Shown piece by piece: positions 1 through 10,890 of a stretch of DNA of 40,616 nucleotides. Below the pieces are notes generated by a model. The model saw only the letters and a program-made list of their open reading frames with translations. It ran no database searches and was not told the origin of the DNA. A program made the position numbers and the translations under genes. Location: NCBI GenBank assembly GCA_000934665.2, contig JYFJ02003516.1:1-40616 (forward strand). The letters run 5' to 3'. Each line of letters begins with the position of its first letter. Position 1 is the first letter of the stretch. Source of the DNA: Catajapyx aquilonaris (lineage: Eukaryota).

Positions 1-190
1 GAATGGACGGTTTAAAACATCCATTCTGCAAAATGCTCCATGTCAAACCGTCCATTCTGCAGAATGGATGGTTGGACAATGAGCATTCTGCAGAATGTAC
101 GGTTTGACATGGAGCATTCTGCAGAATGCGCCATCCATTCTGCAGAATGGATGGTTTGGCACAGATCACTCTGCAGAATGGACGGTTTTT
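1..190. repeat. Minisatellite-like array of the palindromic 14-mer CATTCTGCAGAATG separated by ~17-bp related spacers in both orientations (truncated by window start)
   Basis: Six near-complete copies of CATTCTGCAGAATG (variants CATTCTGCAAAATG, CACTCTGCAGAATG). Spacers are variants of GACGGTTTGACATGGAG or its reverse complement CTCCATGTCAAACCGTC. Lies in a Cda4 intron. Confidence 0.85.
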
Positions 191-350
191 TCGCGCAATG
201 GCCGTTTTCGGGGTTTGAGCCTAACATATACACTGGAAAACTGATGATGGTGTACCACCCCCCTATAACGGCTTATAGTTGTATCACGAGGTAAAAAAAA
301 AAGGCACACCCACATAACTCAAGAGGTGTAAGACATGTCAAAATACTGAC

Positions 351-3300
351 CTCATACTGGACATTCTTTCCTGGCTTGAGATATGGTGCTCTCATTCCCA
401 ATATGTCCTCCCGGGATATGTTGGCGAACTTGACAAGAATTTCTCTCATGCCCAACACCTCCTGTGTCCACTCTTCATAATCCCTGTTCTCAAGTCCTTG
501 TTTCAACCTGTACAGAAATAGGCATCTCTATTTACACATGTACTATGACAGATTTTAACCATAAGAAGTAATGGTACAGGACAATCAAATTTCATTACCC
601 AACCATGGATGTAAAGCTGCAGAAAATCCACACTACAGCATCATTAAGTCCAAAAGTTTTTTACACATACCACATTATTTTTTATATGAGCAGTGTGACT
701 ATACATACTTTTCAGTTTTCAGTTTGCAGATAAAGTGTTTCCTTACATTTGAGAATTCTGGTGTCAGCAAGGAAAGCGAAACTTGATATTGTAGCAAAAG
801 TACCTCCTCCATGCATTACATATCTGCTCTCATGATTTTCAAGGACCTGTGTATGCTGCATACGGTACTTACGAAATCGTCTGAAGTGCAATCTCATGTC
901 CCTCGTGGTACAACTCCTGGATCATGTGGTAGTTTGAGTATTCATGTGAGATGAAGAACGTGCCTCGGATGGGGCAGCCATTTCGGTTCTTGCGATCCTC
1001 AATAAAGATCTTTTTGTAGTGGTCATAGTTGTTCACATTAACTGCACCGTCTAGCGTGATAATCACTAACTGGGGTGCCTGTGGAATTGACATGTGTTGA
1101 TTAGTATAATTTTTACTATTAGTGTTGCTGGTGGTGATTTTGTCATCTACAACTTGTAAAATTACTTTGCCATAACATTCAGATGTAATAATGTTTCAAG
1201 CCTTACTCGCTTAGGATCAATGCTGCCAGGGATTCTGGTGCCATCTTTAGAGCAGTAGCAATCAGGCAGGTCACAAGGTCCCATGCCACAGTTGAGAGCC
1301 AGATCATCTGGTGCTTCAGTAACTGGGGCTGGAGCTGTAACAATACTCATGTTTAATATTCTTATCATGCAATCAGTGTGTTTGTGCCATACTGGTAGCA
1401 ATTGGCCCACACCGAGCCTCATTCTTGAAGGTGCAAAACTTGTTGATGTCATCAAAGTAGAGGCCAGATGGACACCTGGACACATATGGGTATCCATCCA
1501 CACACTGATAGAAACGGCGACATGTTACTGGATCTGCAAAGTTTCCAGACTGCTCGGGGCAGACAAATTCTTCATCTGCACGGCGCCTGCGTGATGAAGT
1601 GTTGTTCAGTGCAGCTAGGTAGAGACATGGCGTGATTAACTTTGCATTTCAAAACTGTTAGAAATCAAACAATAATCAGAGAGTAGGGCCTACATATTTA
1701 TGCCAATATTGATTCAGTACAGTACATGATATAGCCTACTATGATTTGGTAACTTTCTGCATATTTTGTCCCTCAATCCTTGCAGGCTAGTTCATCTCAT
1801 AAGATTTATTACAGTCACACAATGTGTTTTATAGTAAGTTACATCAGACAAACTTCTTGGATATTATGTAATTAAGAGGATGAGTTATCTTGTTTGAGCA
1901 TCCTAGTTAAACACAAGGCATAAAAATATACAGTATGTGACAGATATGAGTCCCTCTGCCCCACCTTACCTTTCCATGTGAAATGTGGTTGTTACCATTT
2001 CAATTTAAACTGTGATCTCATTAGGTATAGCAGAGGGGACTATGCAGTGGAAGTGTCGTATCCATGACATAAGAGATAGCATGATACACTTCTTGATTTG
2101 TGGTCATTATATCAGTAATGTTGGGTGGAGATGAAGTGACACCTCCACATAAATTGATCCTCTGATGCCAAAGAGTTCTCAATAGAAGTTTAAATCATTA
2201 TGAAACACCCTATTTATAGTCCATGAAATTACATAGTCCAGTCCAACAATCCTTGAACACATTAGGAATTGTACAGAAATCTTGGAATGACATATCTTTT
2301 TGTCACATGATCTGTTATCTTTGTTTAGTACGAATAAATTCAAAGGCTAATTTCCAGACATGGTAAATGTAAGTTATAAGAATATTTAAAAAATAATGCC
2401 ATTCAAGTAGTAGCTTTGAGCAGCAAAGCAATAAAGTTATCCTCTTTTTTAAATATGAAGGGTAAGCAAGGAAACCGAGACTCTTTCCCTCCCACCCCAT
2501 TTGTTAACATTTTGTGCACTTTTAAGTGTTTTGTCTGTTTTTTCATACAAGTTTCACCCCCTTTCATTTTCTACTTATTTTCAGAGAAGGATAATTATGC
2601 TAATTAAACCTACCTTAGTTATATGTAGACCTGAAATGCAGGCCAGTCACAATGGAATGATTTCGAGATATGAGGATTTGAAGGTTGAATATTATATTGC
2701 ATGAGCCCTTATGGGATTTCCCATTTTGCAACCATTTCTCTAAAGGTGACCATTAATATTGCGAAAAAAAATTGAATGGGATCTTAGAAAATACGCGACT
2801 CTATAATAACCCTATATTACGCATACCTAACTCAATAATTTTGACCAGCAATGAATGACCGATAAGATATGAACTTATATAGTATGGCAATTTTTAGGTA
2901 ATGCTCTTTCCGTACTAAACTGACCCGGGGCCTTGAACCCAGCAGTTTTCTTTCCGGTATTCAGCCAAAATAGGAGTTCTCACCTTGTGTATGTGTAGGA
3001 GACTGATCACCTTCACAACATGACCCTGTGAGTTCAATAACTCAACAAAAATGAATTTGCATGACATTCAGAGCTTACGTACTGTACACGAGACATTCTA
3101 ATCTAAGCAGAATGAATGACTAATTCACCCGCTTATTTTGGTAAAAATTTGCGATGACCATGGAATACGACATGGTGTCCACAGTTGATGTGGAGATACC
3201 CTGTCATACCATTTGGAATTAAGGTGCAGTCAAAGAGCACAGCCATGACGTACTTTGGAAGGATTCGCCGAATCGTCGCGTTTATGGCACAAACATCACA

Positions 3301-4210
3301 ACAATACTTTCTCGGGAAGTATGTTTTGGCCTTGTGGGGTTATAACTGTTAATATTCTTCCCTTGAGTAGGGAGCTAGGTCTGCAAAACAAGAATGTGTT
3401 ATTCTGGTGAAGCGAAAGTTGTGATCGGCATGGAAAAAGGGCGAGGAGAGACTTTAGGGCAGTCCCATAACTGGACTTGTCAAACTGGTCTCTGGTAGGT
3501 ACTAGGTAGCCCCAGGCTCTTTTTCATTCTTGCCACTTCCTCACTCACTCTCCCCAACTGTAGTATGAGGAATTTAACACCCTCTTTGTTGGCATCTCAA
3601 GTTTAGGAGATCCACCAGAAAAGGGTGTTACCACATGATTATTCAATGAACCCTGAGGTGGGGGGGCCGTGTGCATGGGTTAGAAAGTTGGGCGATATAA
3701 TTACCGAAGAGTATGTCATGAGACCATCCCATCGTGGAAACTTGTCAAAATTTGGGAGAAAGCCGGAAAGCTAGGAAAGTTTCAAATTGCGTATTGTGAA
3801 TTCATCTCAAATCAATTGAAATATAAAAATCGGCCGGGTAGCCCCTAGAAAACCTTCACAAAACCTGAACTCCACCAATATGCGCTCTTTCGATGTAAAC
3901 TCTGAGACATATACTTGTACAGCACAAATAGCCATGTGCTTATCTATAGTCTGTGTAAGAAGTACCGTACCGTACTTTGTCACGCTTATTACTCAGTTCC
4001 ATTGCACTGCTCTCAGACCTTGAGAATGTCCTTCACGAGTCGTGCCGTGAAGGCACACACACACACAAAAAAAAAAACGACAGGGGAAAGTACTTGACCC
4101 GGTAAAGAAATTGACATTACGAGCCGCTACATCAAGTACATAGTCTTATATGCCGGAGTGGACTTACCGGTGGATGCTAATATGACGAGTAGAACCACGA
4201 GAGTGATCAT
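351..4210 (-). CDS. Cda4: Chitin deacetylase, Cda4-type (signal peptide + CBM14/peritrophin-A domain + CE4 domain, no LDLa); 3' part outside window
   Basis: Exons (minus) 4210-4168, 1614-1393, 1334-1207, 1078-873, 507-351, all with GT-AG boundaries and consistent phases. Translation: MITLVVLLVILASTAA...EEFVCPEQSGNFADPVTCRRFYQCVDGYPYVSRCPSGLYFDDINKFCTFKNEARCGPIATT...CDLPDCYCSKDGTRIPG...PQLVIITLDGAVN...GCPIRGTFFISHEYSNY...HEIALQTISLKQGLENRDYEEW...GMRAPYLKPG. This closely resembles insect Cda4 as I recall it. Confidence 0.93.
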
Positions 4211-4677
4211 GGCGAAGGAAAAAAAATTTAGACTTCTTCCACCTCTTTTGTGGAGAAGGAAAAACTGTGACACCAATCCTTTCTCTCTCAATCCTACTAC
4301 AGGCTCACCAACCTTACCTTCAAAGTGGGCTTCCAAGTCGGGGTCTGGTGTGGACTTTGTGGTGGATGGGGTGGGAGAGAGAGGGTGGGGGGAGGAGAAC
4401 AAGTTTCACTTTTTCAAATTCGTCTCACGAACCTGAATCCGGGCTCTTCCGCCTGTCGCATCAGGGTTGTTTCCGTAAGCAATTATGAAGGCTTTTTGTT
4501 TTACCTGGATTGGTGGTTGGAAGGTGTAGAGGTAAACCTTGCTAAGGCAGCATTGAAAGTTATTTATTTATTTGAGTTATTAAGTGCTTATATTAGAGAA
4601 TATAGAAAGTTACAGTTACCTTATGGTTCAGTAGATTACTTTTTGTGTGGGAGGAAGCAGCACGGTGTTGATTACGG

Positions 4678-4777
4678 TGTAGGCAACAATTATTGTTGCC
4701 TACATCGTAAATGACCTTTTTGAAAAATTTATACATCCAAAAATTATATTTGGATGTAAATTTTTCAAAAAGGTCAT
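4678..4777. repeat. Two adjacent short inverted repeats (hairpins) upstream of the Cda4 start codon
   Basis: 4678-4704 TGTAGGCAACAAT-T-ATTGTTGCCTACA. 4711-4777 ATGACCTTTTTGAAAAATTTA(TA)CATCCAAA...TTTGGATGTAAATTTTTCAAAAAGGTCAT. Confidence 0.85.
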
Positions 4778-6537
4778 ATGGTCATCTTCAATAGAATTTC
4801 TTTCAAGGGCGATTTATTACCGGGCGTAATATAGGTAAATCTCTTGCTTAAGCCAAGATGGGAACAGAATTTAGCATCCGGATTTAAGCTTTACAATCTG
4901 TTTTAATTTTGGGATACACCGTACGCGCCACCTGTTACATGTCATTAGAAAAATTCAAGTTGACAAAAAAAATATGCTCACCTGCGATAAAACTTATGTG
5001 ATGGAAAATATGGACACCCTCGAACTTGCGCACAAATTACTATTGTAATCCTTTTCTTGCAATCCTGATATTTACTTCCCCTTATAAAACCCTTCCGTAT
5101 TACCTCTGTACAATATTATATGTAATTTCGTTGTGCCCATCATCTTACTGCTCATATACCTGTGAGCATGCCCACTTAAATACCGCGGTTCGACTATATA
5201 CGTCATGATGTAAACATCTTAGAGTACGGTATCTTAAAATCTGGGAAACACGGAGTGCGATTTCGAAATCCCTCACACAGATATTTATCTCAAGATCAAC
5301 ACTTGCTTGTATTGTGCACAAGCGTGGTACTTACGTAAAACGAGACTAAATATTCACTTCATGCCGATATTGGCCGACGAAGCTGATTTCATGTCCGCGG
5401 CGAAGAATTACGAATGTGGTTTTATGAGGAATTTGTTTTTACGGTAGCTGAAGCAAGAACAAGCTCATGCCATGAGGGGTATGGTGGAAAAATGTGATAA
5501 CCCACTCATGTTTGTCAGTTTTGACCTAAACACCTAGCAACTATGTAAAAGACACGACAAACAGTGTGGTATAGCTACTCCAAGTTCACGTATCATGCAC
5601 GAGACGGCCACACGGACTAGATCAAAACTCGAAGTCCCTATGATTTTGTTAAGAGAATGCAAACTTAAATTCGCTCTCCTGAAAAATGATACTTTTGTGG
5701 GTTATCGACTTTTTCCACCACACCCCTCAAATATGGTATACCATTCGTCAGTTCCCATCAATTATTATTACTTAATTTATTATCAATATGATCAAGTAGG
5801 CTGTATCGGAATGAGAAAATAATGTCGATATCCCTAGAATTATTGCTGACGTCAGAAAGAGTTCTACGCCGACAATTCTCGATATTAACATTTATTTCAC
5901 AGGCATCCTAAATTGAATTACTGATATCAGATGTCCAATTACCGATGTTACTAACTGTAACTCTCTGTAATCTATTTCGGAGACTCTGTAGGCGAATATC
6001 AGAAATCAAAGGTCGATATCCGTAAAAGTGTCACTTGAGGTCTTGAGTTAAATATTGGAGGCTGCATGCCGATATCGGCAAAGAATTCTATACCATACAT
6101 ACTTTGAACTCGTTTGAAGGATGTACGAAACCAGTAAATATGCCGACTTAATAATAACACTATGCAACACGATATTTGTCCATGGAAATTCATCGCTATT
6201 TCCATGTTCCTGAGGTCATTCGTAACTCATTCATTTTGCATCAAATTTGTTTTTGACTTGGAGACAGTCAATGAACCAAAATCCTCGAAATGTAGGGGAC
6301 ATTCCGAATCAAGTGGGCCTAAATGTTGCTACAGGCTAATAATTCCACGCATGACTTTCATGACATGACACTCATGTCAGTTCCTGCCTAACTTCATCTT
6401 TTTTTACACAAACTTGAGCATTTAAGGAAAGGATGTTTAATCATAAATAGGCAGTAAGTGTCCAAGTGTTAATTAATGTTTTGGTTTTAACAGCTGCACA
6501 TTTCTGTTCAGTTGTATAACAATATTTAAATGAATTC

Positions 6538-6957
6538 GGGGAGACGGAGTGGCGCCGCGGTAACGCGCGCGCCCACGGAAGTTAAGGTCCCGGGTTCAAT
6601 CCCCACCCGGGGTTCCCACCTTTATCCGTGCAGAGTTGGGCCATCTCTGGCTTCGTTTCGGGTGGCAATTTCCGATAGACTAAGCCACCCGGGGGAGTTC
6701 ACAAAATGACGATTAGAGACATTGCACTTGCACTTTGCACATCCCCTCCCACCCACGGAGCCTTTAGTCATCCAAGCACAGTATACTGTGCTTGGATGAC
6801 TAAAGGCTCCGTGCTCCCACCCACCCTTGGAGTACACTAATTAAGATCTTCTTAAACTCGCTCCAAAAAATCAAATTCCAATGGTGGTAACCCACCCCCC
6901 CTAAGGAGTAGCATAACTCCCCCCGTGGGGTAATGGAAAAAAAAAATAATAATAATA
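6538..6957 (+). mobile_element. tRNA-derived SINE with A/AAT-rich tail, containing a 60-bp perfect palindrome
   Basis: Head GGGGAGACGGAGTGGCGCCGCGGTAACG...GGTCCCGGGTTCAATCCCC has Pol III A-box and B-box. GC-rich body, tail GAAAAAAAAAATAATAATAAT. No clear TSD. Confidence 0.75.
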
Positions 6958-7402
6958 GTGACTTACACGACAAGAAAGCCACTCGTAACATGGGCTTCAG
7001 ATATAAATGTAAAATTCTTCACATTTCTTTTATGGAAGTGAGGATATTTTCAAAGACCCAGACACAAATTAAAATATTATTATGTGAACTTGGTGTTATA
7101 TTATTAATTTTACAGAAAATAAATTATTTCTTTCGCGACTTACACGACACTAAACACGTGACTTACACGACACTTTTGTCCATAGCTTTCTGATTAGATT
7201 TATGAGAAGAATTTTGGATTTTTACGAAAGAAACAAAGTAATCTCTTTTATATGTTATTGGATTAAATCATTTATGTGATACGCCTACATGAGAATGTGC
7301 AGGGCTACGATTCTTATAATTAACATTTGAACATAATTACTGTATATTCTATTATTTTCTCGGGAGCCATGCATTACCCAGCCTTGAAACTGAACATATT
7401 AA

Positions 7403-7622
7403 CCCTTTGACGACTGAGTTTTTTTTTCATTGCATTACCCGAGGGCCTGAGTTTTTTTTTCCACTTTTCCAAAAAATAGAGGTCAAATTCCGACCTCACC
7501 GATTTTCTGAAAAATGTCCCAAGTTTTCATGGCAAATCTCAGGACATCATATGATGTCCGTAGGCCCTCCAGCAATGTTTGCTCGGACATCATATGATGT
7601 CCACCATCGCGTCGTCAAAGGG
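7403..7622. mobile_element. piggyBac-type MITE
   Basis: TTAA at 7399-7402 and 7623-7626. Perfect 12-bp TIR CCCTTTGACGAC / GTCGTCAAAGGG. Two internal copies of the palindrome GGACATCATATGATGTCC. Confidence 0.88.
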
Positions 7623-9271
7623 TTAAACCTTGTACAAATCACAACTCCTGTCACCAATTTATGTTAGCGTATAATTTGTTAAAAATCTACCAGGTGTGTT
7701 GTGTTGTTCTGGTTATAGTGTGCAACACAGTACAGCCCGGATATGCATATCTCTCTACTGGCATCAATGTTCATACAGTAAAACGTGATTTGTGTCATTC
7801 TTGACTCAACATTAATGCAACGGTCTATTGCTGTCTGTCGTACATCAATATAATAATCACTCATGCCTTTCATTTAGCAGTCGGTAGATTTAAGAGTGAA
7901 AGTGTAGATGTGAAACGTTTCGGGTCGAGTTACGAAATTACCGGAAACTTTTTGATAACACCTTACCAACTTTCATAACATTTGAAAAAATAAAATAATG
8001 TTATTCCATATCAATGTCACTTTCGATCAGTAGTTTAGTCACAATTCACATGATTGCAAATTGCAATAAATTCACTAGATTACTGTATCGTATACAATGA
8101 AACGTAATATTGAGGGTAAATTCGGTGAACACTCAGAATCCTTACCTGTTATTAAATTTTATTCAACTTTTGCTTAAAACTATATCCAATTCCCTTAATG
8201 TACATAAATCCTATTCAAATTATTTTAAAACTTCCTGAAGATCTGAGCTCAAAAACCTACATCATTCATCGCCCATCACTTGGGCCAAAGGGTTATACTC
8301 ATCCGGCCGTGTAATACACTAGATAAAAACATGGATGTAAAATTATGATATCCTTGTTAAATTATTCAATTCCAAGGTGAATCACCTTTTAAGCTTAATC
8401 CAATGTATAGTTTCAAAGTTGCCAACTCCCTTTTTTTTTCTTGTTCAACTTCTGGCTTGACAAAAGCATCGAATGGTTTGGTGATTTCAACAGGAAAATT
8501 TTGTGAAACCTTATTGAACCTTGTTCGCAGTGTTATGGCGATGTGTGATTAACTCGATCTTCTCACCGACAGGCCAGTAACACTACAATAATATTATTCC
8601 TGCAACATCGAGCAGAAGCTATATCAGACTCCGTCACCATTCACCATAGATCTATGGCCACACTTGCAAGGAGATGTGAAGGAGATGGCCGTACAGTACG
8701 ACAGTACATAATTATCCAGAACAAAGAAATCGACACCGAAGACACCAAGCCGCTACACATGCCTCACATTCTGGCCATTAGGGTGATGCACTGATCAGAA
8801 TATTATTGTTGTTCCCCATTGACTGATTTACAATGTGTGAACAGCAGAAGTGCTAATATACAGTATATTTTAAAAGTTTATCAAAGAATCTCAATCACTT
8901 TCAGTGGCGTTGTGTATTACGAGTCGGCATTATCCTCTAAGAACTTGGATCACGCTATGATTATGCTGGTTAAGGATGCTGTGCGGTGTGCGCCATACAG
9001 AAACGACTGGCGAAGAACTCCTGGGCACATGCTGGAGTCTCGATGACCATCTTGATGTTCCCGTACTTATTCACTCTGTATACTGTTAACATGCTGCTGT
9101 GAGCAAAATCTCGGATGATAAATATCTAGCATAAAATAATGGCAACGAAGCCGATGGCGACAAACATTATTTTATCTGCACCTGACCAAACACCCAACAT
9201 ATCATGTTATCCTGCAACATATGCGGAGTGTCGACCACTTTATCCTGGTCTTGAAGCAACCCTTCACACAG

Positions 9272-9658
9272 ACACACACACACACACTCTTGTCTTGACT
9301 AAGGCGTGGGGACGGACATTGATCACTTTTCACTGCGAGTGTAAACTGATCTAACCTAACCTAACCTAACCTAACCTAACCTAATCTAACCTAACCTACC
9401 CTACCCTACCTAACCTACCCTACCCTAAGTAACCTAGGCTGAGAAAAATGGACTTTTGTGAAACCCTACAAATGAAAATAGTGGGGACATGTCCCCACTA
9501 ATTTACACATGTCCCCACTGTAATGGTACACTTCGCGTGTGTGAGACTGTGGGGACCGACAAATGTCCCCACAATTGGAACTGGTCCCCACAGCTACAGT
9601 AAAACCACAGACTTCCGTCCCCAGACCTTAGTCAAGACCTGATCTCACCCACACACAT
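9272..9658. mobile_element. Non-autonomous TIR element inserted in a (CA)n tract, carrying a (CCTAA)n array
   Basis: Inverted ends GTCTTGACTAAGGCGTGGGGACGGA (from 9292) and TCCGTCCCCAGACCTTAGTCAAGAC (9614-9638). CA repeats on the same strand at both flanks. Internal TGGGGAC/GTCCCCAC motifs and CTAAC repeats at 9351-9436. Confidence 0.7.
9351..9436. repeat. Interstitial (CCTAA)n/(TTAGG)n telomere-type repeat, degenerating to CCCTA
   Basis: CTAACCTAACCTAAC... read directly. TTAGG is the canonical arthropod telomere repeat. Confidence 0.85.
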
Positions 9659-10890
9659 CTTCAACGTGGGGCCTGTGCGAAGGGTTGCTTCAAGACCAGG
9701 ATAAAGTGGCCGGAACTAATTGAACCCGATGATAGTATACATGAATTGTATACAAGTGTCTACCAGGGGGGGGGGAGTGAAAAAAGTGAAAAAAGTGTCT
9801 ACATAATTTATGGACAGTCCCTAGCATACAGAAACGGACAGCAGAAATTGCTGCAGGAGAGAGAGAGGCTGTCATATATGGATTGCAACGTGTGCCTGAG
9901 GAGCATTCATACAGTATTATGTCGTAGTCTGCATCGTTACCGGTTGGTGCCTGAACATTTTTCACCCGGCTACATTTTACAGTTTTTTGGCCAAAAGAAT
10001 CCCCCCTTGTGAATGATTGGCATGCAAATTTAATGACTTATTGAATTAGATCTGCCCAGGTTTGAACAAGGTTGACAGAGTTGATATAAATCTAAATATG
10101 AATAACTACAGTACATTTAGATCTACAGTTTCTACACACTGTCTTCTAATTATTTGTACTTTGGTAATGATGAAGAATTTACTTAACTACATGGCCTGAC
10201 CTTGAAAATCCAAAGATTTTGCATACGGCATAGGCCAGAGTGTATTCGAGCTGGAAAATTCACGATTCATCTGACTCCTTCTGAATCGTGTTCCTGTTGC
10301 AGTTTGGATATCCCTTTGCTACAATCATGTACAGTACGTACCGTACTGTATATAATTCGTTTCTTGAATGTCCATGCTTTGAACTCCGCATCAATTTACC
10401 CAAGAGACAAAAATATCAGTAGTAGTTACATAACTTTGAAGTCTATAAATTGTATAAATTATTTACTTAAATTCTTTCAAAGTGACATTCTTTTTGAACA
10501 AGGAGAAAAGTGATTGTTTTGTCTTCTGAAGTTTTTGCATCCGACTTTGTGGTACAGTAGTACTGTACCTATATGTTATAACTTTTGATATCCTGGTTTC
10601 TGGTGTCATGACATTATTTTGATGCAGCAGCTGATTTGATTATGATGTCCTGGAATATGATATCGGGGCTTCTAATGACATACTTTTAGATGTAATGGCA
10701 ATTGATGTATCAGCATGTGATATTGCATTTATTTTTGTGACACTTGATGTGATAACGTCAGATACCATGGCTTCTGCTGTCACGATGCTTCCGTTTGATT
10801 GACATTGTGTAGAATTTTAGGATACTCTCCCCTCTTGGTCCTATTCGCACATCATCATCGGTTATTTCTCCCCCCAGCGTTATTGCCTTT

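Noticed and set aside
1..190. CRISPR array (palindromic repeat with regular spacers)
   Set aside because: Repeat is only 14 bp, spacers are homologous to one another rather than unique, there are no cas genes, and it lies in a eukaryotic intron.
6958..7175. Three copies of GACTTACACGACA as a regulatory array
   Set aside because: More likely subterminal repeats of an old DNA transposon; boundaries could not be defined.
8140..8560. Start-less ~60-codon open frame on minus strand (…EITKPFDAFVKPEVEQEKKRELATLKLY…) and a donor-like site at ~8146
   Set aside because: No recognisable homology and adjacent stops; may be decayed transposon coding sequence but cannot be supported.
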